From Stegostoma tigrinum (lineage: Eukaryota): a stretch of DNA of 64,000 nucleotides. Under the pieces are notes generated by a model. That model was not told the origin of the DNA and searched no databases. It saw only the letters and a list, made by a program, of their open reading frames with translations. A program made the position numbers and the translations under genes. The stretch covers positions 10,994,822 to 11,058,821 of the forward strand of contig NC_081387.1 of NCBI RefSeq assembly GCF_030684315.1, in the 5' to 3' direction. Shown here piece after piece: positions 63,741 through 64,000 of the stretch; within the stretch, counting starts at the first letter, position 1, and the number at the start of each line of letters is the position of its first letter.

Positions 63741-64000
63741 CCATTCTAGATTCTCCTGCCAACACCAACAGCTGCCAAAGTCCAGAGGACAGAGCCGCTG
63801 GATTCACCTGAGTGATTGTAAACGATGGGCCCCCGCAAAAGGATTAAAGCCTGCTATTGGGCTTTCCATTGTCATGGCTGCCTTTACAGCATTAAGCCAA
63901 AAGGACAATTTGTTTTTTATGGCTCATATCCTTTTATGTGGAAACCGCACTGTGTGTCACCCACTTGCCCTGTCAGTAGAGGCGTTATTTGCAACCACCC
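63741..64000 (+). pseudogene. Second integrase-CTD-like segment running into a probable env N-terminus
   Basis: PF*ILLPTPTAAKV, then a +1 frameshift, then GQSRWIHLSDCKRWAPAKGLKPAIGLSIVMAAFTALSQKDNLFFMAHILLCGNRTVCHP, open from 63787 to the window end. An acceptor-like tcttcttttgttttag ends at 63696. Confidence 0.55.

Larger units (their letters stand above)
60240..64000 (+). mobile_element. Degraded class I (gamma/epsilon-like) endogenous retrovirus, internally deleted, running off the window
   Basis: MA-like gag, RNase H end, DDE integrase and an env-like start in retroviral order. The 5' boundary is tentative: TG at 60240, AATAAA near 60363 and a weak PBS-like tggcattgtttgcagtgatt at 60393-60412. 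Confidence 0.85.

Overview
Vertebrate genomic DNA, AT-rich and dense in repeats. The repeat set (HE1-type V-SINE, HER1/CR1 LINE tails ending in (CATAGAA)n, Penelope-like pLTRs) points to a cartilaginous fish, probably a shark; this is an inference. Main contents: (1) a nearly full-length but disrupted Tx1-clade non-LTR retrotransposon at 1-4971; (2) two apparently intact, head-to-head, two-exon class A GPCR genes of the GPR139/GPR142-like type (minus strand 18736-15311, 320 aa; plus strand 33477-35314, 331 aa) with the same phase-1 intron in TM1; (3) four Penelope-like insertions with inverted arms and target-site duplications, plus solo pLTRs carrying a minimal hammerhead ribozyme motif; (4) an old tandem duplication of the region upstream of the second GPCR, whose copy lacks the gene; (5) many CR1, LINE and SINE fragments and a probable solo LTR; (6) from about 60.2 kb to the window end, a degraded class I (gamma/epsilon-like) endogenous retrovirus. 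The retrovirus is the most unusual item: it carries two diverged matrix-like Gag N-termini and two diverged integrase C-terminal domains, and the second of these reads into an env-like frame. All alignments were made by eye and repeat boundaries are approximate.
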